Source: the human T2T-CHM13v2.0 reference genome, Homo sapiens. Taken from it: 64,000 nucleotides of DNA. Below, in pieces: positions 46,681-64,000 of this stretch. The translations under genes and the position numbers were made by a program. How positions within the stretch are numbered: the stretch's first letter is position 1; every line of letters begins with the position of its first letter. The notes beneath the pieces are model-generated. The model did not search any database. It worked only from the letters and a program-made list of their open reading frames with translations, and was not told the origin of the DNA. Where the stretch lies: NCBI RefSeq assembly GCF_009914755.1, contig NC_060933.1; one strand, given 5' to 3'.

Positions 46681-48606
46681 TCAAAAAAAAAAAAAAAGAA
46701 ATCTGTATGGCCAAATGGAAGAGGGTGAGGAGATAAGTGGCACACTGAAAGGTAGGCAGGAGTGATGGAAGCCATGTTAAGGATTTTTATTTTTATATTA
46801 TGAGGAAGAGAAAGTCAGTGTAGGGTTTTACATAGAGGAATTTTGTTCACTAGCTATATCCCAAGTGCCTGGGCACAGTGCTAGAACATATTATATGTTA
46901 TGTATTCCATAACTGTTTATGTAATCAATTAACTGGAATGCTGTAGATTGGGTGACACGATCAGATTTTTGTTTGTAAAAGATTACCCTGGCTCCAATAT
47001 GAAGAATGGACTGCAGGGAGAGGAGTGAGTAGGAAAAACATTTAGAAAGCTGTTGCAGATATCCTTGCAAAAGATGAGGATGGGCAAAAATCCATATGGA
47101 TATATAGACTTGGTGATGGAAAGTGAAGGGAATTCCTCTCTGAAAGAGTGGAAGATGAGGACATCTGCTGAAAGTGAGGGAGAAGGAGTTACTATGGAGA
47201 GCAAGCTGACCATTGCAAAGGTTGCCAGGCAGTGCTGAGAGACTAGAGTCTCAGTGGCACTGAGCAGAATGATTCCACAATTTGTCACACCTTGATGCTG
47301 ACCATGGGCAGTTGGGTTCATCCAGAGTTCAAATTTTGCCCATCAGGTACACTAGAAGGATAATGGAACAAAGAAGTGAGTGAGCCAGGTGCGGTGGCTC
47401 ACGACTGTAATCTCAGCACTTTGGGAGGCTGAGGCAGGAGGATCGCTTGAGTCCAGGAGTTCGATACCGGCCAGGGAAACATAGTGAGACCTTGTCTCTA
47501 TTTAAAAAAATAAGTGAGTAGTTGAAGTGATGGGCTCCAAACCCATGTTAGGTAGGGAGAGAAGTGTGGACAGGAGAAGCTGATGGGAAGAGAGAAAAAG
47601 GGGAATCAGTTGATTGGAGGCCTGGACTGATGGGAAGGGAGAAAAAGGGGAGTCAGCAGATTGGAGGCCTTGATGAGATCAAAAAAGTGTGGGGAAAACC
47701 TGCAGGAGTGGTGGGCAGCTGTGATCAGAGTGGAAGTCTGAAACCATCCTTTCGCCGGAAGAGCAATTTGGGAGGTAGAGGTCTAACATGCTGCTAAGAG
47801 CAGCCCTGGCATGGAACTGATGGTCACAGAGGGTAAGGTTAAGGAAATGAGGGCAAGGGGTGTCTGCACATAATCTTGCTGTCTTATGCCTGGGGAGATC
47901 ACCCAGATGACCCCCAAGCTAGACAGAGCCTAAACCTGATCATAGCCCAAAAACACCCCAGTCCCCTTAGGCGTGGCACCTTGCCTAGACCCTCAGCCTG
48001 TTTTGATACAGCCTTGCCTCTTTTATGTGTCCCTTTCCCCATCTCCACTTACTGGCTGGGGTCCTGCTTTCAAAATGAATGGACACCCCATCCTAGTTCC
48101 CTACACCACAACTCCCAGCTCCACCTCACTGTGAGTGCTGAGCGCCTCACTGCCTTGCCCCACCACCAGGTTGCACTCCATGTCAGCCAGTAAGTCTTAC
48201 CCTTTGGGGAGATCTCAGCTATAACGAAAATTAATTAAAAATGAGGTCCCTGTCTTTAGAAAGATGTGCAAACCGCCAAGTTCACATCCAAATTTGGGGG
48301 CGTTCCCAGATCCTTGTCACTGATATCAACCGGAAGAAACCTTGGACAGTGTGATTTGGACTGCTGGCTGCCATCCTCCTCTCCCCTACAGGATGAGCCT
48401 TGGAGCTGGGTGGGTCCCCCTAAATCTAGTATGCAGCTTGGTCCTTCTCTCTGTTGGCCAAGGCTGAACAGCTCATGTCAGCCACCACTCTGGTTCACTG
48501 CCCCTTTCCTGAACACCTCACAGGCCCCTGGGTGATAGACTCCTGCCACTACTATCTCCTTGCTCCAATCCATCCCTCCCTTCTCTCCTCTCCCCAGAGC
48601 GGATAC

Positions 48607-48942
48607 CTGCTGAGCCGCATGTGAAGAAGGGCTTCAGTCTGTTCTCCATGTTGCTCAGCTTCTGCTCCAAGGCCCTCCTCTGTTGCTCCTCACTTTGCAA
48701 GGTCTCCTTCGTCTTCTGTCTGTCTGCCTGGCAGGCCTGTAGCTGCCCTTCGGCCGCCTGATGAGCCCTCTGTTCCACCTGTAGTGCTTCCTGACTCTGC
48801 GCCAGCTCTCTCCTGGACCCCTGCAGATCCTCTGCACTCTGTCCCAGCTGCGTTATCTTGAGGCGGAGCTGCTGCCTCAGGCTGCTGTTAGTGACTTCCA
48901 GAACCCTGTTCGTCTGCTGGAGCTGCTGAGACACCTGCAGAT
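48607..48942 (-). CDS. CD72: CD72 exon 5 (coiled-coil stalk)
   Basis: aaacag| acceptor; YLQVSQQLQQTNRVLE...RLKPFFTCGSA; G|GTATCC donor. Confidence 0.95.
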
Positions 48943-49263
48943 CTGTTTGGCCACAGAGATTTGGTGGATGTCTTCTCCAGCCCTGCCCTAGTGCCCTGAG
49001 ACTGCAGCATCAGCCCTTTTTCTGCTTCTTGCAACTTTTTGCATCACAGGCTGAAATACAAGATTTGACTGACTAAAGCGTAAGGAGGTACTGGATTAGG
49101 TGAGGACAATTCAGGAAGACAACAGCCCTGGCTGGAAACCAAACCCAAAGCTAAGGAGGTGGTGGTAGTGACTATGATCCCTGCTGAGGAAGATCAGCTT
49201 TGGGGCGAGAGTCGGGACGAAAGTCGTTCGGTGTAAGTGGGAAGTAGGGTCAGCCTTACTCAC

Positions 49264-49353
49264 AGCGCACTCCCAGGCAGATGGCGGTCACTCCTAACAG
49301 CAGGCAGGTGAGGAGCAGGCCGAGCAGGAGGTATCGCAGGCAGGTTGTGCGGC
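49264..49353 (-). CDS. CD72: CD72 exon 4 (type II transmembrane segment)
   Basis: cctaag| acceptor; CRTTCLRYLLLGLLLTCLLLGVTAICLGVR; T|GTGAGT donor. Confidence 0.95.
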
Positions 49354-49499
49354 CTTAGGGGGACAGTGGGATGGATGAGGGCAGTCAGCCCCCGTAAAGA
49401 ATGTAGAGAGGAAGGGACAGGTCCGTGGGGGAGACCCCTGGGGAAGGCATCCCTAAGAGGAGGGCGGTGCAGAGCTGAGGGGGCAAGCATGGTGGTTTC

Positions 49500-49990
49500 T
49501 GTCGGGTAGCGGGGTGTTTCGCAGGTAGGGGAGAGGGTGTTCCAGAATCAGTGCTGGTGGGGACTCGGGGGCGTTACCTGGGAGAAGGGGAAGGAAATAT
49601 CAGACGGAGAGAGGGGAAGGGGGGCAGGTAGGTGAATTGGGACCATCCGCAGGGGGGCGGTGCACGTCGGATTCAGGCGCACCGGATGAAGGTGAATGTG
49701 GCACGGCAGCCCGGGCGTCGGAAGGACTGCGCCCGGGTTTATCCCGGAAGGAGCTGCACCCCGCGGGGCCCAGCGCCATCCGCAGCCGGGACAGGCGCGA
49801 GCACTTGGCCCCGCGGCTGCCCCGCACAGGCACACTCACAGGGGAGAATCCGCCCGACAGCTGGTGACGTCACGGCTCTCCAGGACGCAGTTGGCTGCTC
49901 CGACTTGACCGCTGTCGAGGGGAGCATCCAGTGTGAGACCGGAAGCCCCGAGTGTTGCCCCTTCTCCTCCTGCGCACCCGCTTCGCCCTC
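49500..49990. promoter_or_regulatory. Intragenic CpG-rich island over CD72 exon 3 / intron 3
   Basis: Dense CpG; contains GTGACGTCAC (49864-49873) and a CTCF-like CCGCAGGGGGGCGG (~49647-49660). Confidence 0.55.
49840..49911 (-). CDS. CD72: CD72 exon 3
   Basis: gacag| acceptor; AVKSEQPTASWRAVTSPAVGRILP; T|GTGAGT donor. Confidence 0.94.
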
Positions 49991-50395
49991 GCCACTGGGA
50001 AACTCCAGTCTGCCCTACGTTGCCTGCTAGAGCTGCTCTGGGACACAGTGTCACTCTCCTGAGTTCCTCCTCTGCCCGGGACTCTCTCGGCTTCCTCCTG
50101 GGTCTCACTGTATCTTTTCCCGGGACCCCCTCATCTCTCCTAGTTCTCCCTTTATCGTTTCCTCAGAGGCCCCTTATCTGTCGGCTCCAAACCCTCTCCC
50201 CCTTTGCTCTCATCCATCTCCCATCACCTCTTTTCCCTCCCATGGCTCCCCGTTTCCCATTAGAACTCATCCCCCACAGGGCTGCCCTATCCCTCCGCAG
50301 CCCTTATCTCCCCGAAAGGGGTCTCCACCTTGCGGGAGGAATCTTTCTTCCTCCCCTGGCTCCCATTTATCCTGTTCCTATTCTTCTGTTTCCTA

Positions 50396-50629
<234 letters not shown>

Positions 50630-50677
50630 TCAAGACACAGCCCCCCAACAAACACACATCCCCCAGGCTCTCCAGAC

Positions 50678-50785
50678 CTGCTTTGTCCCCTAGTACAGAA
50701 GAAGCCAAGCTTGAGGGCACCCCTAGGACTGCGGGCACTTGAACATTCTCGTAGGTGATTTCCCCATCATCATCAGCCCCTGGGT
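50678..50785 (-). CDS. CD72: CD72 exon 2 (ITIM-like ITYENV)
   Basis: tctctag| acceptor; DPGADDDGEITYENVQVPAVLGVPSSLASSVLGDKA; G|GTCTGG donor. Confidence 0.94.
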
Positions 50786-50885
50786 CTAGAGAGAAGAGAA
50801 AAGGGACCAAGGTGGGATTTGGGAATGGGATCTGTGGGGCGGGAAGTGGGGATGCAGGATCAAGGGGAGGCCTCATCCCCCTTAC

Positions 50886-50967
50886 CCTGTCCTAACCGGC
50901 TGGAGATGCTCTTCTTCAGGGGAGCCTTCACAAACCTCAGATCTGCATAGGTGATGGCCTCAGCCAT
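50886..50967 (-). CDS. CD72: CD72 coding exon 1 (ITIM ITYADL)
   Basis: accATGG start; MAEAITYADLRFVKAPLKKSISSRLGQ; G|GTAAG donor. The eight coding exons sum to 1080 nt = 359 aa + stop. Confidence 0.96.
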
Positions 50968-51059
50968 GGTCCTGAGCAGCTCTGCCCCCACTCGTCTTCC
51001 CTGTCATCCACTGTCCTCCCTTGCCCCTCTCGTCTCTGTCCGTTTACAACTAGGCTCTG

Positions 51060-51130
51060 TGTTCCCTCTGTGACTGCACGGCTTAGCAATTGGCCCTGTG
51101 ACTTCCAGTCACAAAAGAGGAAGGTGTTAG
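51060..51130 (-). promoter_or_regulatory. Putative CD72 proximal promoter with a PU.1/ETS-like AAAGAGGAAG
   Basis: Located just upstream of exon 1; purine-rich GGAA box at ~51115-51124. Based on motif and position only. Confidence 0.4.
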
Positions 51131-52926
51131 CAAGTCTCAAACAGATGGGCTCAATGAAGCAGAAGGCATCCCTGGGCCAGGGCCAGAGGGGCCACGGAGG
51201 GGACGCTGAGGTCCAGAACACAGGGGTAGGGGATGGGCCTGTCCCCATGTCCTCCCTGTGCTTCCTCTCCATGCATCTTAAACCCATATGGGCCATGCTG
51301 GGCCCCAAACTCGGTCCTTCTGGTTATCTGCCCTGATCTGCCCCACCCTCCTCCTGGCTGCCTTGTCCACTGGGGCTTATGATGTGTAGCTGGAGCTGCA
51401 CTGACCCAGACGATCTCCCCAGCTCCAGGGTGAGGCTCCGTTCTCCCCATGAGACTGGGGGTTCCTGGTTTGCATCCCTCGCTTCTCATCATCCTGGGGG
51501 TTCCAGTAACTGGGGGTTCAGGAACAGGCCTGGGCCAGAGGTGAAGGTAAGGAAGAGCCATGGCTGCAGCACCTCTGGAAAGGCAAGTGGCAGCACTGCC
51601 CCCCATGCACCCTCATGGGGAGCCAGGGAGCAGGTGAGCAAGGGAGTTGCAGAGGGCTTAAGAAGGCTGCAGCTTCCTAGGTGAAGTCAAGGCAGAGGAG
51701 CAGAACAGAGCCAGAGGCCGAGCGCAGATTCCGGACCAGCGGAGGTCTTGACATTTTCTTGGTTTGGTTTTGGTTCGTCTCTTACTTTCCTAGCAAAGTT
51801 CTTTCTTTAAAAAGTCCCAAAGCTGTCCCTTCCCACCCAGCCCCAAGGAAAAAGGGGGCATTTGTGGCGGAGGACCCAGGGACCGCGAGGCCCTCATAGG
51901 TGGTGGGGGCCTGGCTGATGGAGGAGAGAGGGAACCAGTTGGGGGAAAGGGGGCTGCTGAGCAGGGGTGCCCAAAGGTGCTCCCTAATGTTCTTTTACCG
52001 GGATGTGACCCCTACTAGGAACCCCAAAATGGCCTACATCCGGGATAGGAAGGAGCTAGAACAAGATGTAGTGTGGGGGTGGGAAGAACCCGCCCCTAGC
52101 AAAGTGACATCCGCCCCGCAGAATCCCCCTCCTGCAGCTGTGGGGAGGAAAAAGGAAGGGGGAAAAGGTCCTCACCACATGCCAACAGCTCGGATGATTG
52201 GTGGTGTGTGGCAGGACACTGCCAGGGACCCTAGAGCTCTGCCAATAGCTCCGCCCAGCCAGCCCTAGAGGAAGTGGCCACTGAGGCAAAGCTGTGACCT
52301 CAAAAATGTACTTGTAGAGAGGCACGTGTGCATGTGTGTGCATGGATATGCATGTTCCCAGGACTTTGCAGTCTGTTAGGGCATCTGTGAGGTGAGCGGC
52401 TATGTCAGAGCCTGCCTGGAGGAGGAAGCCTTCTGTGGGCTGAAGGCTGCCTGTGATCACTGTTATTTTCCATGGCAGAGAATGACGGGTCATTTTCAGA
52501 AAAGTCGTCAAAGGTCATCACAAGAGATCCTACAAGTATTTCCTTTTTGAAGCTCACTGTTTCCTAAGGTGCCTCTGCAGCTGTTAACTGTCCTTGCTTG
52601 ATTAAAGTTTCCAACAACCTAGACCTTCCCCCAGATACAGAGAGTGGTATGTGGTGGTGACTCCCTGGGGACCTCAGGGGCCCTGAGAGTGAGTGGGAGG
52701 GTATAGAGCAGCTGGTGGCAGGGGTGGGTGGGGTGGGAAGAGTCAAATACTTGAACCTGTGGTGTACAGGGGGTGGGTGTGGGCAGTGTGTGAGTAAATC
52801 AATTGCAGGAACATTTGCAGGAGTTCCACAAACTGTAGAATGTCCCAGTTTTCAGATCCAATACACAGGTGAACATGATGTAGATGCCAGGTAAAATGCC
52901 AAAACCAAGCTTCTAGTCTGCACTCA

Positions 52927-53195
<269 letters not shown>

Positions 53196-54172
53196 TTAAG
53201 AAGGGGATCTCCTGGCCGGCATGGTGGCTCACACCTGTAATCCCAGCACTTTGGGAGGCTGAGGTGGGCGGATCACCTGAGGTCAGGAATTTGAGACTAG
53301 CCTGGCAAACATGGTGAAATCCCATCTGTATTAAAAATACAAAATTAGCTGAGAATGGTGGCATGTGCCTGTAATTCCAGCTACTAGGGAGGCTGAGAAT
53401 TGCTTGAACCCGGGAGGCAGAGGTTGCAGTGAGCCGAGATTGTGCCCATCCTGGGCCACAGAGTGAGACTCTGTCTCCAAAAATAAAAAAAAATAAAAAA
53501 AAGAAGGGGATCCCCAGATGGAACTGCACACCGCAATATCTTGAATGTCTTAACCAGGCTTGTTCTATATTTTTCTCCTCTTTAGCTCTTTTGGTGATGG
53601 TTACATATCTTTTCATCACAGGCCGCATTCGCTTCTGTCTTAGACCAGCTTGTAGCCTTCCTTTGTGAACAGGGTAAGAGAGTAGGATCCTTCCCCTTCC
53701 CCACGTGTGTCACTTGGGGTCTTTACAGTTTTGACATTCACATTACATTTAGAGGCTGGACATCAGAAAAGATACCTGTAACTCCAAGCTGTACCTCTAC
53801 TGCCCAAATATCAGGGAACTTTTAAGAGGTGAGGGGTCAGTGCTGTACATTTCAGCTTTTCCAGAACCATACTATCATCATCTGAGAGCCTGGAGGGCAG
53901 ACACTAACACCCATGTTTTGCCCTCTCCTGGCCTCCCCACTACTCATTACAGGGAATGGGTGTTTACGGTTGACAAGAGGAGGGGGCCCAACCATGAGGG
54001 CACCAGATAGAATTTGCCATGTGGAAGGGGGCTCACCTGATCAACTTTGTGTCATTGATACAGTCTATGTCAGGACATCGGGAGCATCTCCTAAGACTCT
54101 GAAAGTCAGGCTATATCTGTCTTCATTACTTTAACCCACTGGCCTCCGGGAAGCCCTAGTTTACTGACAGGG

Positions 54173-54680
54173 TGTGGTAGCCAGAATAATGGCCTCCCAA
54201 AAATGTTCACACCCGAATCCCCAGAACCTGTGACTATGTCACTTTACCTGACAAAATGTAGATGTGGCTATGTTAATCAAGGTCCTTTAGATAGAGAGAT
54301 TATCCTGTTTTATCTTGGTAGGCACACTCTGATCACATGAGTCCTTGAAAGGGAGAACCTTTCCCATCATGGGAAGAAAGAGATTCAGTGAGGGAAGGAG
54401 GGCCAGAGAGACGCCACAGGAGAAACACTCAACCCATAGGTCCTGATTTTGAAGGTGCAGGAAGAGGACCTTGAGCCAAGGAATGCAAGAAGCCTCTGAG
54501 AGCTGGAAAAGGCAAGGAAGCAGATTTTCCCCTTCAGCATCCAGAAAGGAACCAGCCCTGCAGACACCTTGACTTTAGCCCAGTGAGACCTGTGTCGACC
54601 TGATCTCCACAACTGTAAGACAATAAATTTGTATTGTTTAAGCCACCAAGTGTGTAATTTATTAGAGCAGCAAGAGTTTC
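54173..54680 (+). mobile_element. MLT1 (MLT1D-like) MaLR solo LTR
   Basis: TGTGGTAGCCAGAATAATGGCC...GCTGGAAAAGGCAAGGAA...AATAAATTTGTATTGTTTAAGCCAC. Confidence 0.85.
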
Positions 54681-55233
54681 GTGAACTGTGGAGGAAGCAT
54701 GATGTAATAGAAAGAATAGGGAGACTCTGGTTAAAGAGACCAGCCTTGCCACAGTATGTGACTTTGGGCAAGTGACAGTTTTCCATCTGTAAAATACAAG
54801 ATAGTCTGACCTCAATCAAGAGTATGATTGCTGGAGACACACTAGGTGTGGACTTTACAAACGCCTCTTTAAAATCTGTCACAAAGGCTTCAGAGTCAGG
54901 AGGGAGAAAAATGGGCCACCTGATTGCACCATGAGGGAGACTTGGATTTCTTTGATCACTGAAGCCAAAGAGTACAGATAGGTCTTCGGTGACTTGCCCC
55001 AGGCCTCTCCTTGGTCCTGCCTCAAATGGTGACACAGAAAGCACGTTCTCTGTGCTTAATGGCACAGAGCTGAAAAGCAAATACATCAAAAGGCCAACTC
55101 AAGATTCAAGCCTTGCAACAAGGCAAAATGATGGCTCCAAACCACAGAATGAAATGTCATAAAAATAATAACAGCAGGCCAGGCACGATGGCTCACGCCT
55201 GTTATCCCTTGGGAAGCCAAGGTGCACAGATCA

Positions 55234-55548
<315 letters not shown>

Positions 55549-56276
55549 TCACTTGGGCCTAGGAATTCGAGACCAGACTGGCCAACACAGCAAGACTCCA
55601 TCTCTACAAAAAATTTAAAAATTAGGCAGGTGTGATGGCACATGCTTATGGTCTCAGCTTCTTGGGAGGCTGAGTGGGGAGGATTGTTTGAGCCCAGGAG
55701 GGCGAGGCTGCTGTCAGCCATGTTTGTGCCACTGCACTCTGGCCTGGGCAGCAGTGAAACCCTCCCTCAAAAAATAAATGAATCAAAATTAAAATAAAAA
55801 AAAGATAATACAGCAAGCATTTATTGAAAAATGAAATTTGGAATTCAAAAAATAAATTGCATAAGCATAGGATGGAGGGAGTCCTGGGTTAACAATTGTT
55901 TATGTAACAAAGTTTGAGGAGAAAGGCAGTTATTATTTTACACTTGAAGGGATCTTAGAGAGCCCAGCCTGCTTATTTTACAAATTGGGAAACTGGACTC
56001 AGCAGGCTGTAAGCGCCTTATAAACTGACCCAGTGACTGGAAAGAAGCTTGTGACAAAAGGCTGCCACATAGAACTGTAGCCCCCTTACCAAATACATCT
56101 AACATTGTGCCAGCCACACCTATAGCCCTTTTTTTTTGTTTTGTTTTTTACTTTGTGTTTTTTATCCCATACTTAAATACTACCTATAGCCCTTTTTAAG
56201 CAGGCAAACCCCTGCTGATGAGGCAGCCCTAGTCCCCAGAAATTGTGTCTTGTGACCTCCAACCCCTTTGACCTCA

Positions 56277-56604
<328 letters not shown>

Positions 56605-56607
56605 TTA

Positions 56608-57009
<402 letters not shown>

Positions 57010-57179
57010 TCAGGATGAGTTTATCAAATGCCAATTTTCAGGAATTTAAGTGGGAAAATATGGAGATGACCACTGAGTTGGCAGTGGGAGTTAAAGATGA
57101 AAGGATGTATAGAGAGCATCTACCTTGACCCACAGAATTCTCCATACCTAGCGATCGTGCCTGGCTACTCCTAGCTCAC

Positions 57180-60480
<3,301 letters not shown>

Positions 60481-61498
60481 GTTTTTGTACCTCTTTTTTT
60501 TTTCTTTTTTAATCAGAGTCAGCGTCTCACTCTGTCACCCAGGCTGGAGTACAGTGGTTCGACCATAGATCACTGTAGCCTCAAACTCCTGGGTTCAAGT
60601 GACCCTCCCACCTTAGCCTCCCAAGTAACTAGGACTACAGGCACTCACCATCACACCAGACTAATTTTGTTGTTGTTGTAGAGACAAGGTTTCGCTATGT
60701 CGACCAGGCTGGCCTTGAACACCTGGCCTTAAGCAATCCTCCTGCCTCAGCCTCCCAAAGTACTGAAATTACAGGCATGACTCACTCTGCCTGGCTTCTT
60801 CTTTTTAAAAAAGAGACAGGGGTCTTGTTATGTTGCCCAGGCTGGACTTGAACTCCTGGGCTCCAGCAATCCTCCTGCCTTGGCCTCCGAAGTATCTGGG
60901 ACTACAGGCACGTGTTACCAGGGCCAGCTTATTCCTCTTCTTCCTCCTCCTTTTTAAATAAACTATGACCTGGGCGGGGCGTGGTGGCTCACGCCTGTAA
61001 TCCCAGTACTTTGAGAGGCTGAGGCCGGTGGATTACAAGGTCAGGAGATCGAGACCATCCTGGCTAACATGGTGAAACCCCATCTCTACTAAAAATACAA
61101 AAAAAATTAGCTGGGCATGGTGGCAGGCACCTGTAGTAAGAAACAGTGACAGCATGAATTTAACACAAGACATAAGTGGATCTGAGTGATGCTCGCTGCT
61201 CGGCAGATACTGTCAGTGCCTCAGCCATTTCTCCTCAGGCCTCACCGCTGGCTGCACATAAGCCCAGAGGCTAAGGGCAGGCCTGCAGCTCCTTGCCTGA
61301 AGCTTTTCTCTGGTAGGTGAGCAGAGCAGAGGGCCAGGAGTGCTGGAGAATCCATGCCTCCCCCTGTAAAGCAGCTCTCAAACAAAGACTGGTGGGAACT
61401 GGTGTATGAATACACCAGCCACCTCACCCTGGGAGTGGGAGAGTAACTGTGTGGGCGCATGTTCTACACTGGCTCTCAGAGTTCCCCACTGGTTTTAA

Positions 61499-61738
<240 letters not shown>

Positions 61739-62688
61739 TAGTTGCCCAGGTTGGTCTCAAACTCCTGGGCTCAAGCAATCTTCCTGCCTGGGCCTCCCAA
61801 AGTACTGGAATTACAGACATGAGCCACTGCGCCCGGCAGGCATCTCATTTTTACTTTAAGCTGCATGTCCCTGATTTGTAGTGAATTTGAGCGTATTTTC
61901 ATGTTTCTTAACCATTTGGATTAGCTCTTCAACTGAGGTTAGAATCCTTTGTGTATATTTTTCTATCCCCCCAGAATTTTATTTTGAAACATTTTAAGCT
62001 TAAAGGAAAGTTGAAAGAATATCATGAACACTTGTATATCCTTCATTTAGTATGTCAGTCAAGGCCCATCAGAGAAGTAAAACCACTAGCATAAGCATAT
62101 GTATGTATGTTTATATATACATACACACACATACATATTTTTTCAATTAAGAGATTTAGTACACAGAATTGCTCTTATTTGGTACAGAGAATTGCTCAAT
62201 TATGCATTTGTGGGAGCAAGCTCAACAGTCTCTGAAAGGTGTTGTCTTTGCTTCTGCTGCTGGAGCTCGGATTCTGCAGGCCAGGCAGCCAGGAAGGGAA
62301 GATGGGCAAAAGTGGGACAGAGCAAGGATAAGCCAGAACCCGTGAACATAGACTGGAACCCAAGTCAGTCTCTGCCCGCCTCCACCTTTGATGACGCGAA
62401 TGTCCTGCCACAGAAGGTGTGCTTTTACCCACCATGCTCTGCTGCTACATGGGTATGCAAGCCCTGCTAGTGCACAGTCCCAGCACATGGTAGCACTCAG
62501 TAAGGAGAGCTAGATGTTCAGTTCCACTGATTATGTCAGCCCACTTTCTCCAATGACTTGAATTGTCATGTTTTTGTATATACAATCACCTTGTTTGGGA
62601 TTCTCTGTTTTATTCCACTGACTAATTTTTCCCCTTTGCTTTATTCATTTGATTAAGTGGCCTTATGTTATCATATTTGGTAAAGTGA

Positions 62689-62883
<195 letters not shown>

Positions 62884-63411
62884 TAGAGAAGGGGTTTCGC
62901 CATGTTGGCCAGCCTGGTTTTGAACTCCTGACCTCAGGTGATCCCCCCGCCTCAGCCTCCCAAAGTGCTGGGATTACAGGCATGAGCCACCGCACCCGGC
63001 TGCTAAAGTGAATTTCTCTATTTTTTCTCACTATTTTCCCTATCAAAATCTTTGTATTTTTAAAAAATAGTTTTTTCTTTGCTTGTTCTTTGTTTTACTA
63101 ATTGCAATTATACACTTTAATTTTTGGAGAACTGACACTTTTTATGATATTTTCTCTTCCCAAAAGGATATGGTTAATTTTCTGTTTATTCCCATCTTGT
63201 TTTATAGTGTTTAATAATATTTTACTGTATAACTTTATTCATATGAATACTTATGTGTTTCTTGATTAAATATGAGTAAATGTATGTACCATATCATAGT
63301 GGTTACAAGGGAAGTATCTGCCAAACTGCCAGGGTTCAAATCCCAGCTCTGAGATTTTACCAGCTATTAATAGTAATCTGGGGCTAAATCACTTAATCTG
63401 TGTGTTCCTCA

Positions 63412-63561
<150 letters not shown>

Positions 63562-64000
63562 CTACAAAAAATACAAAATAATAATAATAGTAATCTGTTT
63601 CAAGAGGATGTTGTGAGGCTTGATTGAGTTGATACAAAGTGCTAAGAATAGTTCATGGCATTATGGTGGCTATCATTATTATCCTAAGAATTTTTTTTTC
63701 TGAGTAGCTTCATTATCTATATATTATCCTAAGAATTTTATAACTTTGTAACTCTAAATTGAAACTGCTTCCATTTTCAATTCAATATGCTTATTGCTAG
63801 AGTAAAAACAATTTATTTTCATTATATTTATCTTGTATCCAGTCAGCCCTCCAAATTATATTGCTTTTTACTATGGCTTTTTATTTTTACTAGTCTTTTG
63901 GTTTTTCTGGTACAATCATGTCAGCAGCAAAAAAGATAATATTATAATTTCTTTTCAGATGAGCGTAACAATTCATTGTCTTGTTTTACTGAATTTGGTA

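Noticed and set aside
54385-55089. 234-aa minus-strand ORF
   Set aside because: It runs through antisense MLT1 and MIR-like sequence and has no protein-like features.

Overview
This is eukaryotic DNA, recognisable from its gene content as human (hominoid) chr9p13.3. The left ~36 kb is intergenic and almost entirely transposon-derived: old L1/L2/MIR, dozens of Alus, a nested endogenous-retrovirus stack (MER66-like ERV1 > L1MA > THE1/MST > Alu > HERV-K9/HML-3 > AluY), an L1PB with an internal deletion, an RPS29 processed pseudogene and a MER52 solo LTR. A CpG island at ~36.6-38.7 kb precedes TESK1 (+ strand, 10 exons reconstructed by hand, 626 aa), which has the MIR4667 tailed-mirtron hairpin in intron 7. 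CD72 (- strand, 8 coding exons, 359 aa, plus a 3' UTR exon) converges tail-to-tail on TESK1, and this allele carries two copies of the 13-nt intron-8 repeat. The right end holds an MLT1 LTR, a full-length decayed Tigger1 inside an ERVL remnant, and more Alus. I found no wholly new gene system. The best leads are splice-site-anchored RNA stems in four TESK1 introns, a UG-repeat acceptor, a uORF with a nested start-stop, the shared TESK1/CD72 3'-end zone and the deletion-fused retroviral stack. Repeat subfamily names are from memory of consensus sequences, and repeat boundaries are approximate.
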